Origin: Nitrosopumilales archaeon
GTDB taxonomy: Archaea; Thermoproteota; Nitrososphaeria; Nitrososphaerales; Nitrosopumilaceae
DNA length: 64,000 nucleotides
Assembly (NCBI GenBank): GCA_007280465.1
Contig: QYPM01000002.1
Span: forward strand, 2,608-66,607
Reading direction: 5' to 3'
The notes under the pieces are model-generated. The model did not search any database. It was not told where the DNA came from and was given only the letters and a program-made list of their open reading frames with translations. The position numbers and the translations under genes are program-made. Shown here one piece after another: positions 18,900 to 26,921 of the stretch. Position 1 is the stretch's first letter, and each line of letters starts with the position of its first letter.

Positions 18900-19547
18900 T
18901 CAAATCACCTGTTTATAGTCAGGATTCTTCCATTCTATGAAAGTAGCATAGTCTAATGATCTACTATCCTTAAGATAATTTTTTAAAATCTTGATAAACT
19001 TGAATCCATTTTTTAGTTGAAAGCCAAGCACAGGTTCATCAATTTCACCTTCAATTACTTTTTGGACATATTCCTCAGGAGACATTTTATCTACAAATTC
19101 GCAATAGTTGAACAATCTTCCACCTGCTATTATTCTCCTCAGATTTAATGTAATGCAAAGATTCTTTCTTGCATCATAGAGTAATGTTGCAATTCCAAGT
19201 CTACGATAATCAGGATGTGTTGATACATCAGCACCATAAAGGCTATCACCTTTAGGATCATGGTTTCTAAATTCTGGTCCACCGCAAGCCTCCCCCCAAG
19301 TGTGTTCCTTGTACTCGGGGTCTAGTTTGACTATTACGCCACTTACTGAGCCTACAATTTGTCCGTCATATTCTGCAACAAATTGACCCTGAGGAAATAC
19401 TTTCAAATGACTCTCCAAGTGATGTTTCTTGAAGATCATCCCTTCGATTGCCATTTGTGGAAAAGAAACTTCTTGCAATTCCACAATCTTTGGAATATCC
19501 TCATAGGTGGTGCTTCGTATGTTTATCTGAGAATTATTGTCTGACAA
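18900..19547 (-). CDS. GNAT acetyltransferase (YkwB-like)
   Basis: FPQGQFVAE, HDPKGDSLYGADVSTHPDYRRLGIA, IAGGRL. Confidence 0.88.
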   Translation of the reverse strand: MSDNNSQINIRSTTYEDIPKIVELQEVSFPQMAIEGMIFKKHHLESHLKVFPQGQFVAEYDGQIVGSVSGVIVKLDPEYKEHTWGEACGGPEFRNHDPKGDSLYGADVSTHPDYRRLGIATLLYDARKNLCITLNLRRIIAGGRLFNYCEFVDKMSPEEYVQKVIEGEIDEPVLGFQLKNGFKFIKILKNYLKDSRSLDYATFIEWKNPDYKQVI

Positions 19548-19655
19548 TTATCATTATTTGCATATATGGTCATATTAACGAGCCAGGTGACGTCTATGTA
19601 AGACGCAAATATCACGATTATTATGCAATGATGTTCTAAACATATGTGAGATATC

Positions 19656-19763
19656 ATGGATGGAGATCACTTCTGGAAACAAAATGTGTGTTCTGACTGT
19701 AAGCGAGTCAAATGCCAAAAAGGATGCAATTGCGATTGCCATTGGGATAAGAGTAATCTCTAA
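19656..19763 (+). CDS. Cys-rich microprotein (35 aa), not in ORF track
   Basis: MDGDHFWKQNVCSDCKRVKCQKGCNCDCHWDKSNL. Confidence 0.6.
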   Translation: MDGDHFWKQNVCSDCKRVKCQKGCNCDCHWDKSNL

Positions 19764-19827
19764 GGTCCAATCAATTCTTTACACATCAAGTCATTTCTAT
19801 TAAAAATTGATTCTCAAGTTTTAAATT

Positions 19828-20760
19828 ATGAAACAAGTCCATAATATGACAAACATGCAACGAGATTTAGAACTAACTTTTAGAATGGCAATCAGTTTCC
19901 TAGCCCTTACGCTGATCTATTTGGCATTTTTGGGTTTTATTGCCATGTACTTTGGATTAGGAATACTTCCAATTTCAATGATTGCGGGTTTGATGATTGG
20001 TGCGCAATGGTTCTTCTCGGATAGAATTGTATTGTGGAGCACGGGAACCAAAATTGTATCTAAAGAAGAATACCCAGTCTTACATCAATTAGTAGAAAGT
20101 TTATGCCAAAAAGCAAACATTCCAAAACCAAAGGTTGGAGTAATGACAAGTGATATTCCAAATGCATTTGCAACTGGAAAAGGCCCGCGAAGTTCTGTAG
20201 TTGTAGTAAGCTCTGGAATTTTAAAAATATTAGATAAAGACGAACTTGAAGGTGTTTTATCACATGAACTTACTCATATAAGAAACAGAGATGTTACAAT
20301 CATAACACTTGCAAGCTTGTTCTCTACAATTGCGTGGTTTCTCATGCAGTCTTCAATGTTTAGTACAATGTGGGGAGGAGGATATGGTGGAAGACAGCAA
20401 CAAGGAGGTAGCACAATTGTGGTTTTAATAGTTGCAGGAATAGTTTGGTTTCTAAGTTTTCTAATCATCAGGGCCATATCCCGATACAGAGAGTTTGCAG
20501 CAGATAGAGGTGGGGCATATCTTACAGGCAAGCCAATGAATCTATCCCGTGCTCTGATGAAGATAAGTGGAGAGGTAAAGGTTGCACCAACTCAGGAACT
20601 TAAAAAAATAGAAGGAATGAACGCGTTTTTCATCATTCCTGCAATCTCGGGTCAGACCATTGCAAGGTTCTTTTCCACACACCCACCAGTTACAGAACGG
20701 GTAAAACGTTTGATGCGAATAGAACAAGAACTTCGTGACTCTGATGCACGAGGCGTTTAA
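19828..20760 (+). CDS. htpX: zinc metalloprotease HtpX
   Basis: PNAFATG, HELTH, SRYREFAADRG, FSTHPP. Confidence 0.95.
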   Translation: MKQVHNMTNMQRDLELTFRMAISFLALTLIYLAFLGFIAMYFGLGILPISMIAGLMIGAQWFFSDRIVLWSTGTKIVSKEEYPVLHQLVESLCQKANIPKPKVGVMTSDIPNAFATGKGPRSSVVVVSSGILKILDKDELEGVLSHELTHIRNRDVTIITLASLFSTIAWFLMQSSMFSTMWGGGYGGRQQQGGSTIVVLIVAGIVWFLSFLIIRAISRYREFAADRGGAYLTGKPMNLSRALMKISGEVKVAPTQELKKIEGMNAFFIIPAISGQTIARFFSTHPPVTERVKRLMRIEQELRDSDARGV

Positions 20761-20779
20761 CCAGAAAACATAGAAAAGT

Positions 20780-21148
20780 CTAAGTTTTTTTCTTAACAGT
20801 CAGGTTGAACTCTTTTTTTATTATTGGATATTCTTTATTATTTCCAAACACTTCGACTGTTATCTTAAAAGACATGGTACTAAGCGGAATATTGTGTGGA
20901 GTTATTGTAATTTCATGCTCTCCAGTATTTTTATCTGGAAGATCTAATGAAGTAAGTTGAATCACAGGAGTGCTGATTGTAACATATTGATTGCTTGCAT
21001 CGTCAGTCATTATTTTTAATATAATATTATCAAATTTTTCCTTGAAATTTTTAACATTGACTTTAATAGTGGCAGTTTTATCCGAATCTATTTTTGATTT
21101 TGATAATTCAATTTTTTCAAACGCCAATTCTTTTTTAAATAATCCCAT
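20780..21148 (-). CDS. hypothetical beta-rich protein
   Basis: 122-aa ORF with alternating beta pattern. Confidence 0.7.
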   Translation of the reverse strand: MGLFKKELAFEKIELSKSKIDSDKTATIKVNVKNFKEKFDNIILKIMTDDASNQYVTISTPVIQLTSLDLPDKNTGEHEITITPHNIPLSTMSFKITVEVFGNNKEYPIIKKEFNLTVKKKT

Positions 21149-21228
21149 ATGTTTTGCCTTAATCTTCGTACATACCTACCATAAATAAAGAGATAGTTCT
21201 TACAATGATGAATAATCCCCACTGGTGA

Positions 21229-21244
21229 TAATCAGTCATGATAA
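21229..21244. promoter_or_regulatory. island palindrome TAATCA-GTCA-TGATAA
   Basis: Followed by a TTTTATAA TATA-like box near 21259 but no intact ORF. Confidence 0.6.
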
Positions 21245-21428
21245 TTTGTGATGATTCTTTTTATAACTTAAAATCACTAGTCTAGTGTTCAAGCTCATGT
21301 AAAAATCAAAAATAAAAAAATCAGAGTTGGCGAGCTGTTCTAATATGCAAAGAGTGTAACAGCAAACACAGTTGGGTGGATGAGCAAGGTTTGCCAGATA
21401 CTTACCTTGGATACTAACATTAGACTTT

Positions 21429-21533
21429 TCAGATTTTGTGACCTGCAAGTGTGCAAAATATACAGAGTACATAATATTTACTCCAGATATCCCTAGTACA
21501 ACCGCATTTACAGTCACATTTTCTTAGTTTCAA
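21429..21533 (-). CDS. Cys-rich microprotein (34 aa), not in ORF track
   Basis: TTG start; MKLRKCDCKCGCTRDIWSKYYVLCIFCTLAGHKI. Confidence 0.55.
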   Translation of the reverse strand: MKLRKCDCKCGCTRDIWSKYYVLCIFCTLAGHKI

Positions 21534-21603
21534 ATTAATCTCTGATATCATAACACTGATTGGGTATTTGTAAGATTATCTATATTCCTATTTTTGTAAA
21601 AAT

Positions 21604-22050
21604 CTAGTGAACGATAGTAACAGGACATGTAGCATGTTCTGAGACATGTCTTGCAGTACTTCCAAGTCTTTTAAGAGATGCAACACCTGTTAGCCTTCTG
21701 CTTCCCATTATAATTAGATCAATTTTTGATCTTTTTACTTCCTTTATGATGGCATTAGATACGTCATCATGAACAATTTTGTAAAATGCCTTTGCCCCTT
21801 CCTCCCTACATTTTTGAGTAATTTTTTCCATCTCTTTTTCACCCTGCTCTGTTAGAGATTTTACAACTTTTTGATAATTCATAACAGCTGCTCCTGAAAA
21901 GACAGTATCGCTTATTGGATAGTAAACTGGTATAACCATCAAGAGTTTTAGATCAGCATTAAAATTTCTTGCAATATCTTGTGCCAACTCTAATGCTTTC
22001 TTTGAAAGTGGTGAGCCGTCATACGGGACTAGAATATTTTTTAGTAGCAA
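21604..22050 (-). CDS. universal stress protein
   Basis: ILVPYDGS...DLIIMGSR...LGST...CPVTIVH. Confidence 0.93.
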   Translation of the reverse strand: MLLKNILVPYDGSPLSKKALELAQDIARNFNADLKLLMVIPVYYPISDTVFSGAAVMNYQKVVKSLTEQGEKEMEKITQKCREEGAKAFYKIVHDDVSNAIIKEVKRSKIDLIIMGSRRLTGVASLKRLGSTARHVSEHATCPVTIVH

Positions 22051-22320
22051 CTAGAACAGCTCTTTTACTTTACTTCGGTATGCTTCAACAATTTGTCCGA
22101 ATTCTTCAAAGTCACTTGCAGATGGAGTTTGCATGCGAAAAGCAAGCTGAGCTACAAAGAGTGTAAACGCGTTTCCCATCATCATGTTAAAAGTCAATTC
22201 AGAGAGGTCCCGAACCGCAGGAAACGCCACTTTGAGAAATGGCAGATATGCCTTGGTCTGATTTAACATAAGTTCCATGTTTGTCTCAATTGCGGTTTTT
22301 ATCTCAGGATGAACAGTCAT
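22051..22320 (-). CDS. hypothetical helical protein
   Basis: 89-aa ORF abutting both neighbours (operon). Confidence 0.75.
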   Translation of the reverse strand: MTVHPEIKTAIETNMELMLNQTKAYLPFLKVAFPAVRDLSELTFNMMMGNAFTLFVAQLAFRMQTPSASDFEEFGQIVEAYRSKVKELF

Positions 22321-22321
22321 G

Positions 22322-22528
22322 TCAATTCACCGAGACGACCTGATACGGTTTTGATTGATAGTGAAGCGAGCATAAAAACACCATTTCTCCATTTAATACC
22401 TTGGCTGTAATTGAGATTCCATTTAATTCTTTTTTACATACATGGCATGTGAGCGGTTTAACATCAGATTTTACAAACTTTTTTTCATGTGAAATATACA
22501 AATCCTGAGATAGGAAGCTTTCTACCAT
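22322..22528 (-). CDS. small zinc-binding protein (CxxC...CxxH)
   Basis: QDLY...TCHVCKKEL...SITAK...LCSLH; ATG 22528 proposed; paralog of 47824-48039. Confidence 0.75.
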   Translation of the reverse strand: MVESFLSQDLYISHEKKFVKSDVKPLTCHVCKKELNGISITAKVLNGEMVFLCSLHYQSKPYQVVSVN

Positions 22529-22569
22529 GCTCATAAAAGACGGATTCAATATTATTAAAGTGATCATCA

Positions 22570-22585
22570 TTATCAAGAATGATTC
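22570..22585 (-). promoter_or_regulatory. island palindrome GAATCA-TTCT-TGATAA (minus strand)
   Basis: 42 bp upstream of ATG 22528. Confidence 0.65.
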
Positions 22586-22592
22586 CAAGTGG

Positions 22593-22608
22593 TTATCATA
22601 TATGATAA
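22593..22608 (+). promoter_or_regulatory. perfect island palindrome TTATCA-TATA-TGATAA
   Basis: Ends 42 bp before ATG 22650; TTTTATA TATA box at 22621. Confidence 0.8.
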
Positions 22609-22649
22609 TCCTGCCAGAAATTTTATACTAAATTAAGGGATTTATTTTC

Positions 22650-23099
22650 ATGACAGTGGCGCGGGATATAATGTCAAGCAAAGTAATTACAATTGAATCA
22701 AATTTATCAGCTACTGAGATTGCAAAAATTATGGACAAAAATAAGGTAAGTAGTATAATAATAACAAAAGATCAATTGCCAATTGGCATAGTAACAGAGA
22801 GAGACTTGGTATCAAAAATTGTTGCACAAAACAAGAAACCTTCAGAGGTCAAGATTATAGACATAACAACATCGCCTCTTGTGGTAGTAAGTCCACTTGC
22901 ACCTACTGATGAGGTTGCAGAAAAAATGATAGAAAAAAAAATTAGGCGGGTAGTAGTAATGGATTCTGATCAGCCATTAGGAATCATAACAGTGACAGAT
23001 TTTGTAAAGCACTTGCATGGCATGCTTGCAGATTCTCAAAATTATAACAAAAATCTCTATGAACAACTAATAGAAGATTGGGAAGACTGGATGTCCTAA
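22650..23099 (+). CDS. CBS-pair protein
   Basis: ARDIMS, GIVTERD, GIITVTD. Confidence 0.93.
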   Translation: MTVARDIMSSKVITIESNLSATEIAKIMDKNKVSSIIITKDQLPIGIVTERDLVSKIVAQNKKPSEVKIIDITTSPLVVVSPLAPTDEVAEKMIEKKIRRVVVMDSDQPLGIITVTDFVKHLHGMLADSQNYNKNLYEQLIEDWEDWMS

Positions 23100-23117
23100 T
23101 AAAAATATGAATTTTGA

Positions 23118-23300
23118 TATGCTCTAAGCGGCGTTGATTTTGAAACAATCCTACGTCTGCTACTAGCATTAGGCCTTGGGCTAGTAGTAGGAGCATATGT
23201 TATTGCAATAGTAATTACAGTGTTGATTTTTGGAACACTGCAAATTGATAGAATAAAGAGATTCTCAGAAGGTGGGACATATACTGAGGACCACGATTAA
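23118..23300 (+). pseudogene. internally deleted MgtC/SapB-family remnant
   Basis: Start-less frame ...DFETILRLLLALGLGLVVG|AYVIAIVITVLIFGTL...; first and last MgtC-like TM helices fused. Confidence 0.5.
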
Positions 23301-23363
23301 ATTTCTCGTACAACGCAAAATTTGAAATTTATAGTTAAATTCAATCATGATATGATATTACAA

Positions 23364-23379
23364 TTACCAGACATGATAA
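23364..23379 (+). promoter_or_regulatory. island palindrome TTACCA-GACA-TGATAA
   Basis: Ends 43 bp before in-frame TTG 23422. Confidence 0.65.
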
Positions 23380-23400
23380 TAGAATGTCAAGTTTTTATGT

Positions 23401-23865
23401 ATGAATTTCGTACTGGAGTCATTGGATAATTTTTCTGCCAAAGACATAATGAAGCATCAGGTAGTTACGGTTGATTCTTCCATGACAGTTTTGGATACGG
23501 CAAAGATGATGGATGATGCAGGCATTGGCTGTGTTGTTGTACTTGAGAACAATATTGCAGTAGGCATAGTAACAGAGCGCGATTTTGTCAAAAGGGTTGT
23601 ATCTCGTGCAATTCCACTGACGACTCCAATCAAGCAAATAATGTCATCGCCATTAATTGTAGTAAATCCTGAAGAGAGCATTTGGGAAGTGGCAGAACTT
23701 ATGAAACAGAGAAAAATTCACAAGGTTCCAGTAGTACATGAAAGTCTCCTAGTAGGAATAGTTACCGCAACTGACTTGACCAGAATATGCAGTATTGGTT
23801 CTGATTCTGAAATGCGAAGAATAACAGACCAGATACTTTTGAGAATGAAGCCTGCAGACAAGTAA
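23401..23865 (+). CDS. CBS-pair protein
   Basis: AKDIM, GIVTERD, GIVTATD; true start may be TTG 23422. Confidence 0.93.
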   Translation: MNFVLESLDNFSAKDIMKHQVVTVDSSMTVLDTAKMMDDAGIGCVVVLENNIAVGIVTERDFVKRVVSRAIPLTTPIKQIMSSPLIVVNPEESIWEVAELMKQRKIHKVPVVHESLLVGIVTATDLTRICSIGSDSEMRRITDQILLRMKPADK

Positions 23866-23880
23866 TCTAGTCAGTTAAAA

Positions 23881-24738
23881 TTAATTTTTAATTATAGCTC
23901 GTACAATGTCAGTCTTTGTTACAATCCCTACCAAGAGCTTGCCATGAACAACGGGCAGTCCGCTGATCCCATGCCTTATCATTAAAAGTGAAACAGTTGA
24001 TACATCATCTGATGCATCGACCGTTATTGGATTCGATGTCATAACATCGGCAGCAATGAAAGTCAATAGATAACTTAGTTGGTTTGAGCGATATTCTTTT
24101 GGATTTGCAGCCATCCTATAGTTTTCAACCTCAGAAGGATCACCAAATTGTTTTAGCCATAGAGGCATCTTGGCAGGGATAAAATCCCGGTGAGTTATAA
24201 TCCCAACAGGCTGTCTGTTTCTCTCTACAACAACTCTAGAGATTTTATTATTCACAAGAACGCTTTCAACATATAGTAGCGAGTCTGCAGGTTTTACTGT
24301 AATTACATCTCTTGTCATAATTTTAGAAACTTTGAGTTGTTCTGTGGCTTGTGTTAAAAATACAGATGCCAAGTCTGTCTTTGTAATAATTCCAGATAGT
24401 GTCTTGTCTTTGTGTAGTACTATAACAGAACTGATTTTATTATCAAGCATTAGTTTAGCACAGTCATGTAACGTTGCCCCCTCCTGAACAGAAACAAGGT
24501 CTTTGGACATAACATCAGATACGCGTGTAGCTTCAAGCGGTTTTGCATCAATTCTATAGATTGCCTTTACCAAGTCTTTTTCCGTTAGCATTCCTACGGG
24601 CTTGTCTTTTTCTGATACAATGAGTCGGCTTATTCTATGCTTTAGTAAGAGTGTGCGTGCATCCAAGAGGCTTGTTCTAGGGGTTACTAGAATTGTTTTT
24701 TTTATTACTTGGTTTATGCTGTCATTTTTTAGTTTCAA
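23881..24738 (-). CDS. four-CBS-domain protein with insertion between CBS3 and CBS4
   Basis: GMLTEKD, GIITKTD, GIITHRD, GIVTKTD. Confidence 0.92.
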   Translation of the reverse strand: MKLKNDSINQVIKKTILVTPRTSLLDARTLLLKHRISRLIVSEKDKPVGMLTEKDLVKAIYRIDAKPLEATRVSDVMSKDLVSVQEGATLHDCAKLMLDNKISSVIVLHKDKTLSGIITKTDLASVFLTQATEQLKVSKIMTRDVITVKPADSLLYVESVLVNNKISRVVVERNRQPVGIITHRDFIPAKMPLWLKQFGDPSEVENYRMAANPKEYRSNQLSYLLTFIAADVMTSNPITVDASDDVSTVSLLMIRHGISGLPVVHGKLLVGIVTKTDIVRAIIKN

Positions 24739-24779
24739 TAATTTTTGTATATTTCGGGTAGATTATAGGCTTTTTACAA

Positions 24780-24795
24780 ATCTCACTGATGATAA
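24780..24795 (-). promoter_or_regulatory. island palindrome TTATCA-TCAG-TGAGAT (minus strand)
   Basis: 42 bp upstream of start 24738. Confidence 0.7.
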
Positions 24796-24834
24796 TTATA
24801 TCACAATGAATACATTTTCTTACATCAGATCGGT

Positions 24835-24850
24835 ACATCACGTTTGAAAA
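24835..24850 (+). promoter_or_regulatory. island palindrome ACATCA-CGTT-TGAAAA
   Basis: Ends 42 bp before ATG 24892; degenerate. Confidence 0.55.
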
Positions 24851-24891
24851 TTACCCATTAGGTTAAATCTCAATCCTCGCCATTACAATTC

Positions 24892-25401
24892 ATGATATCT
24901 GACATTCTAAACGAGCCTGTCTCCAAGTTTACAAATAAAAAAATGACTACGATATCAAGTGATCTTACCATTCAAGACGCAGCAAAGGCAATGACAGAAT
25001 CCAAAGTAGACAGCATATTGGTATTTGAAAAAAGTAAGATAATAGGAATGGTTACAGAAAAAGACATACTACGTGATATAGTAGCAAAGGGATTAGACCC
25101 GGCAAGTACTACCCTTAAACAAATAGCAAAGGGTCCATTAATTACAATAAAAAAAACTGCGCCAGTAAAAGAGGCACTAGGTATAATGAAAAAGCATGAT
25201 ATCAGAAGACTAATCGTAATGGACAAGCGACCAATTGGACTCATAACACAAAAAATGGTCTGCGGAAATCTTACTGATAGAAATGTTACATTACCTGAAC
25301 TTGAGATCCCAGACAAGACAACATGCCCTTACTGTACTGCAAATTTTGAAAATAACAAGAGTCTGGGTAAGCACATTGATAGAATTCACATCAAATCATA
25401 A
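24892..25401 (+). CDS. CBS-pair protein with C-terminal C2H2 zinc finger
   Basis: GMVTEKD; CPYCTANFENNKSLGKHIDRIH. Confidence 0.9.
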   Translation: MISDILNEPVSKFTNKKMTTISSDLTIQDAAKAMTESKVDSILVFEKSKIIGMVTEKDILRDIVAKGLDPASTTLKQIAKGPLITIKKTAPVKEALGIMKKHDIRRLIVMDKRPIGLITQKMVCGNLTDRNVTLPELEIPDKTTCPYCTANFENNKSLGKHIDRIHIKS

Positions 25402-25462
25402 TTAGCCAGAATTCGTGAAATTTTGCATAATTTTATACATTCCCAAATAGTTCCCATTACAC

Positions 25463-26041
25463 ATGACAGTAAAACGACAGCCCCACCCCATAAAACATGA
25501 ACAGACTCGAAGTATCAGCTATCGCCTTCCAGAGCATATCATAGAAGAACTAGAGACAGAGGCACAACAAAAGGAGATATCTCAAAATGTCTTGGTCAAA
25601 CAAATTTTAGAAAAATACGTTGGATGGGAAAGATTTGCAAAAAACATAGGAATGACTCCAGTTCCAAAAGAGATTCTCATGGTTCTAGGTGAGAAAATGG
25701 ACGGAGAGGTAATGAATGAGATAATACAAAAAATGACCCCAATGATAAAGGACTGGGTCATGTTCATGAAAGGCAGTTATGATTTAAAGCGAGTAATAGA
25801 ATCTATGGAGGAATACATGCGAGCTTCTGGCATGACATCAGACCATAGAATTGAAGGAGATGTTCATCATTTTATAATACAGCACAATCTTGGAATACGC
25901 TGGTCTTTGTTTACAGAACTTTTCTTGAAACAAATCTTTCACGAGTTTCTGCCAAATCTTACAATGAAATCTCGCACTACGCCAAATACAGTCATATCAA
26001 GTATTGCGCTAGGGTCAGATTTTAGCGAGCATGAAAAGTAA
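25463..26041 (+). CDS. ribbon-helix-helix DNA-binding protein with C-terminal domain (thaumarchaeal family)
   Basis: RSISYRLPEHIIEELETEAQQKEISQNVLVKQILEKYV fits an RHH. Confidence 0.7.
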   Translation: MTVKRQPHPIKHEQTRSISYRLPEHIIEELETEAQQKEISQNVLVKQILEKYVGWERFAKNIGMTPVPKEILMVLGEKMDGEVMNEIIQKMTPMIKDWVMFMKGSYDLKRVIESMEEYMRASGMTSDHRIEGDVHHFIIQHNLGIRWSLFTELFLKQIFHEFLPNLTMKSRTTPNTVISSIALGSDFSEHEK

Positions 26042-26065
26042 TATTATTTTAAAAAAAATAAAATT

Positions 26066-26833
26066 CTAGCTTACAGTTACCAGTCCAATTCGCCATGGGT
26101 GGATTGTACAATAGTAATGATATGCACCAGGTTTATCAAACTTGTAAGAAAACGTATCTCCAGTCTTTAGTAACCCACTGTTAAATAATGGAATTATTTT
26201 TCCATGCGAATCTATACTTTGAATGTCATGTTGAATCGTATCTAGATTTTGCCAAGTAACTGTAGTTCCAGGAATTATCTCCAAGTTAAGAGGCAAAAAG
26301 AAACCAGTACTTGCTGTTGCCGAGTTTCCGTTTGGAATTAGGATTTTAGCATTGTTTGATACACTGACAGATGGAATAGGATCGCTTCCAAGTAAAAGAT
26401 AACTTAGAACATATGTATGGATATTGTCTTGCATGTTGGCAGTTACCTTCCACATAGAACCACTTCCTGTTGCATAGAGCCGTGTTCCGTCAAGAGAGAC
26501 AGTAAATGTATCATGGGATACTGTTTGTGCAGGACCCTGGGCATGAAACGACCCATCATTGTTGTATGCAAAATTCCACTGGGCTCCAGTAAATCTAGCT
26601 ACTGTAATTCCATTGCCTCCTTCCACTAGAATTGCGCCCTTGTCAATAGTTGAGGAATCTACAAGAGAAAGTCGCATGCTCGAAGTGTACAAAGTAGGGG
26701 TATCGCCATTTATCATAGCAGCTCCACTACCTTTCATGGAATAAGTTGAATCTGCATAAACTAAACCAGATGAGACTGCTATTATACCCAGAATGACTCC
26801 CAAAGTAAGGGCGCGCATTTCTAGTTTATACAA
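26066..26833 (-). CDS. secreted protein with C-terminal cupredoxin domain
   Basis: Signal peptide (likely start 26818), WQNLDTIQHDI...YYCTIHPWR. Confidence 0.85.
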   Translation of the reverse strand: MYKLEMRALTLGVILGIIAVSSGLVYADSTYSMKGSGAAMINGDTPTLYTSSMRLSLVDSSTIDKGAILVEGGNGITVARFTGAQWNFAYNNDGSFHAQGPAQTVSHDTFTVSLDGTRLYATGSGSMWKVTANMQDNIHTYVLSYLLLGSDPIPSVSVSNNAKILIPNGNSATASTGFFLPLNLEIIPGTTVTWQNLDTIQHDIQSIDSHGKIIPLFNSGLLKTGDTFSYKFDKPGAYHYYCTIHPWRIGLVTVS

Positions 26834-26862
26834 ACCAGCATACTATATAATTACGATATGCT

Positions 26863-26878
26863 GTATCAGGCATGATAA
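26863..26878. promoter_or_regulatory. island palindrome GTATCA-GGCA-TGATAA
   Basis: Centred between divergent starts: 44 bp from 26922 and 45 bp from 26818. Confidence 0.7.
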
Positions 26879-26921
26879 TCATCTTAAACAATAATACACA
26901 ATTCTAAAAAAGAGCAAACAA

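Noticed and set aside
21236-21517. 93-aa minus-strand ORF from the track
   Set aside because: Runs over a promoter-like region and overlaps a more convincing Cys-patterned frame (21429-21533).
22984-23196. 70-aa minus-strand ORF
   Set aside because: Antisense to the CBS gene end and the MgtC remnant.
5061-26880. TGATAAT/ATTATCA words read as bacterial Fur boxes
   Set aside because: The half-sites are mostly in the opposite order (TTATCA-N4-TGATAA rather than TGATAAT-N-ATTATCA) and lie upstream of TATA at fixed spacing, unlike a Fur repressor site.
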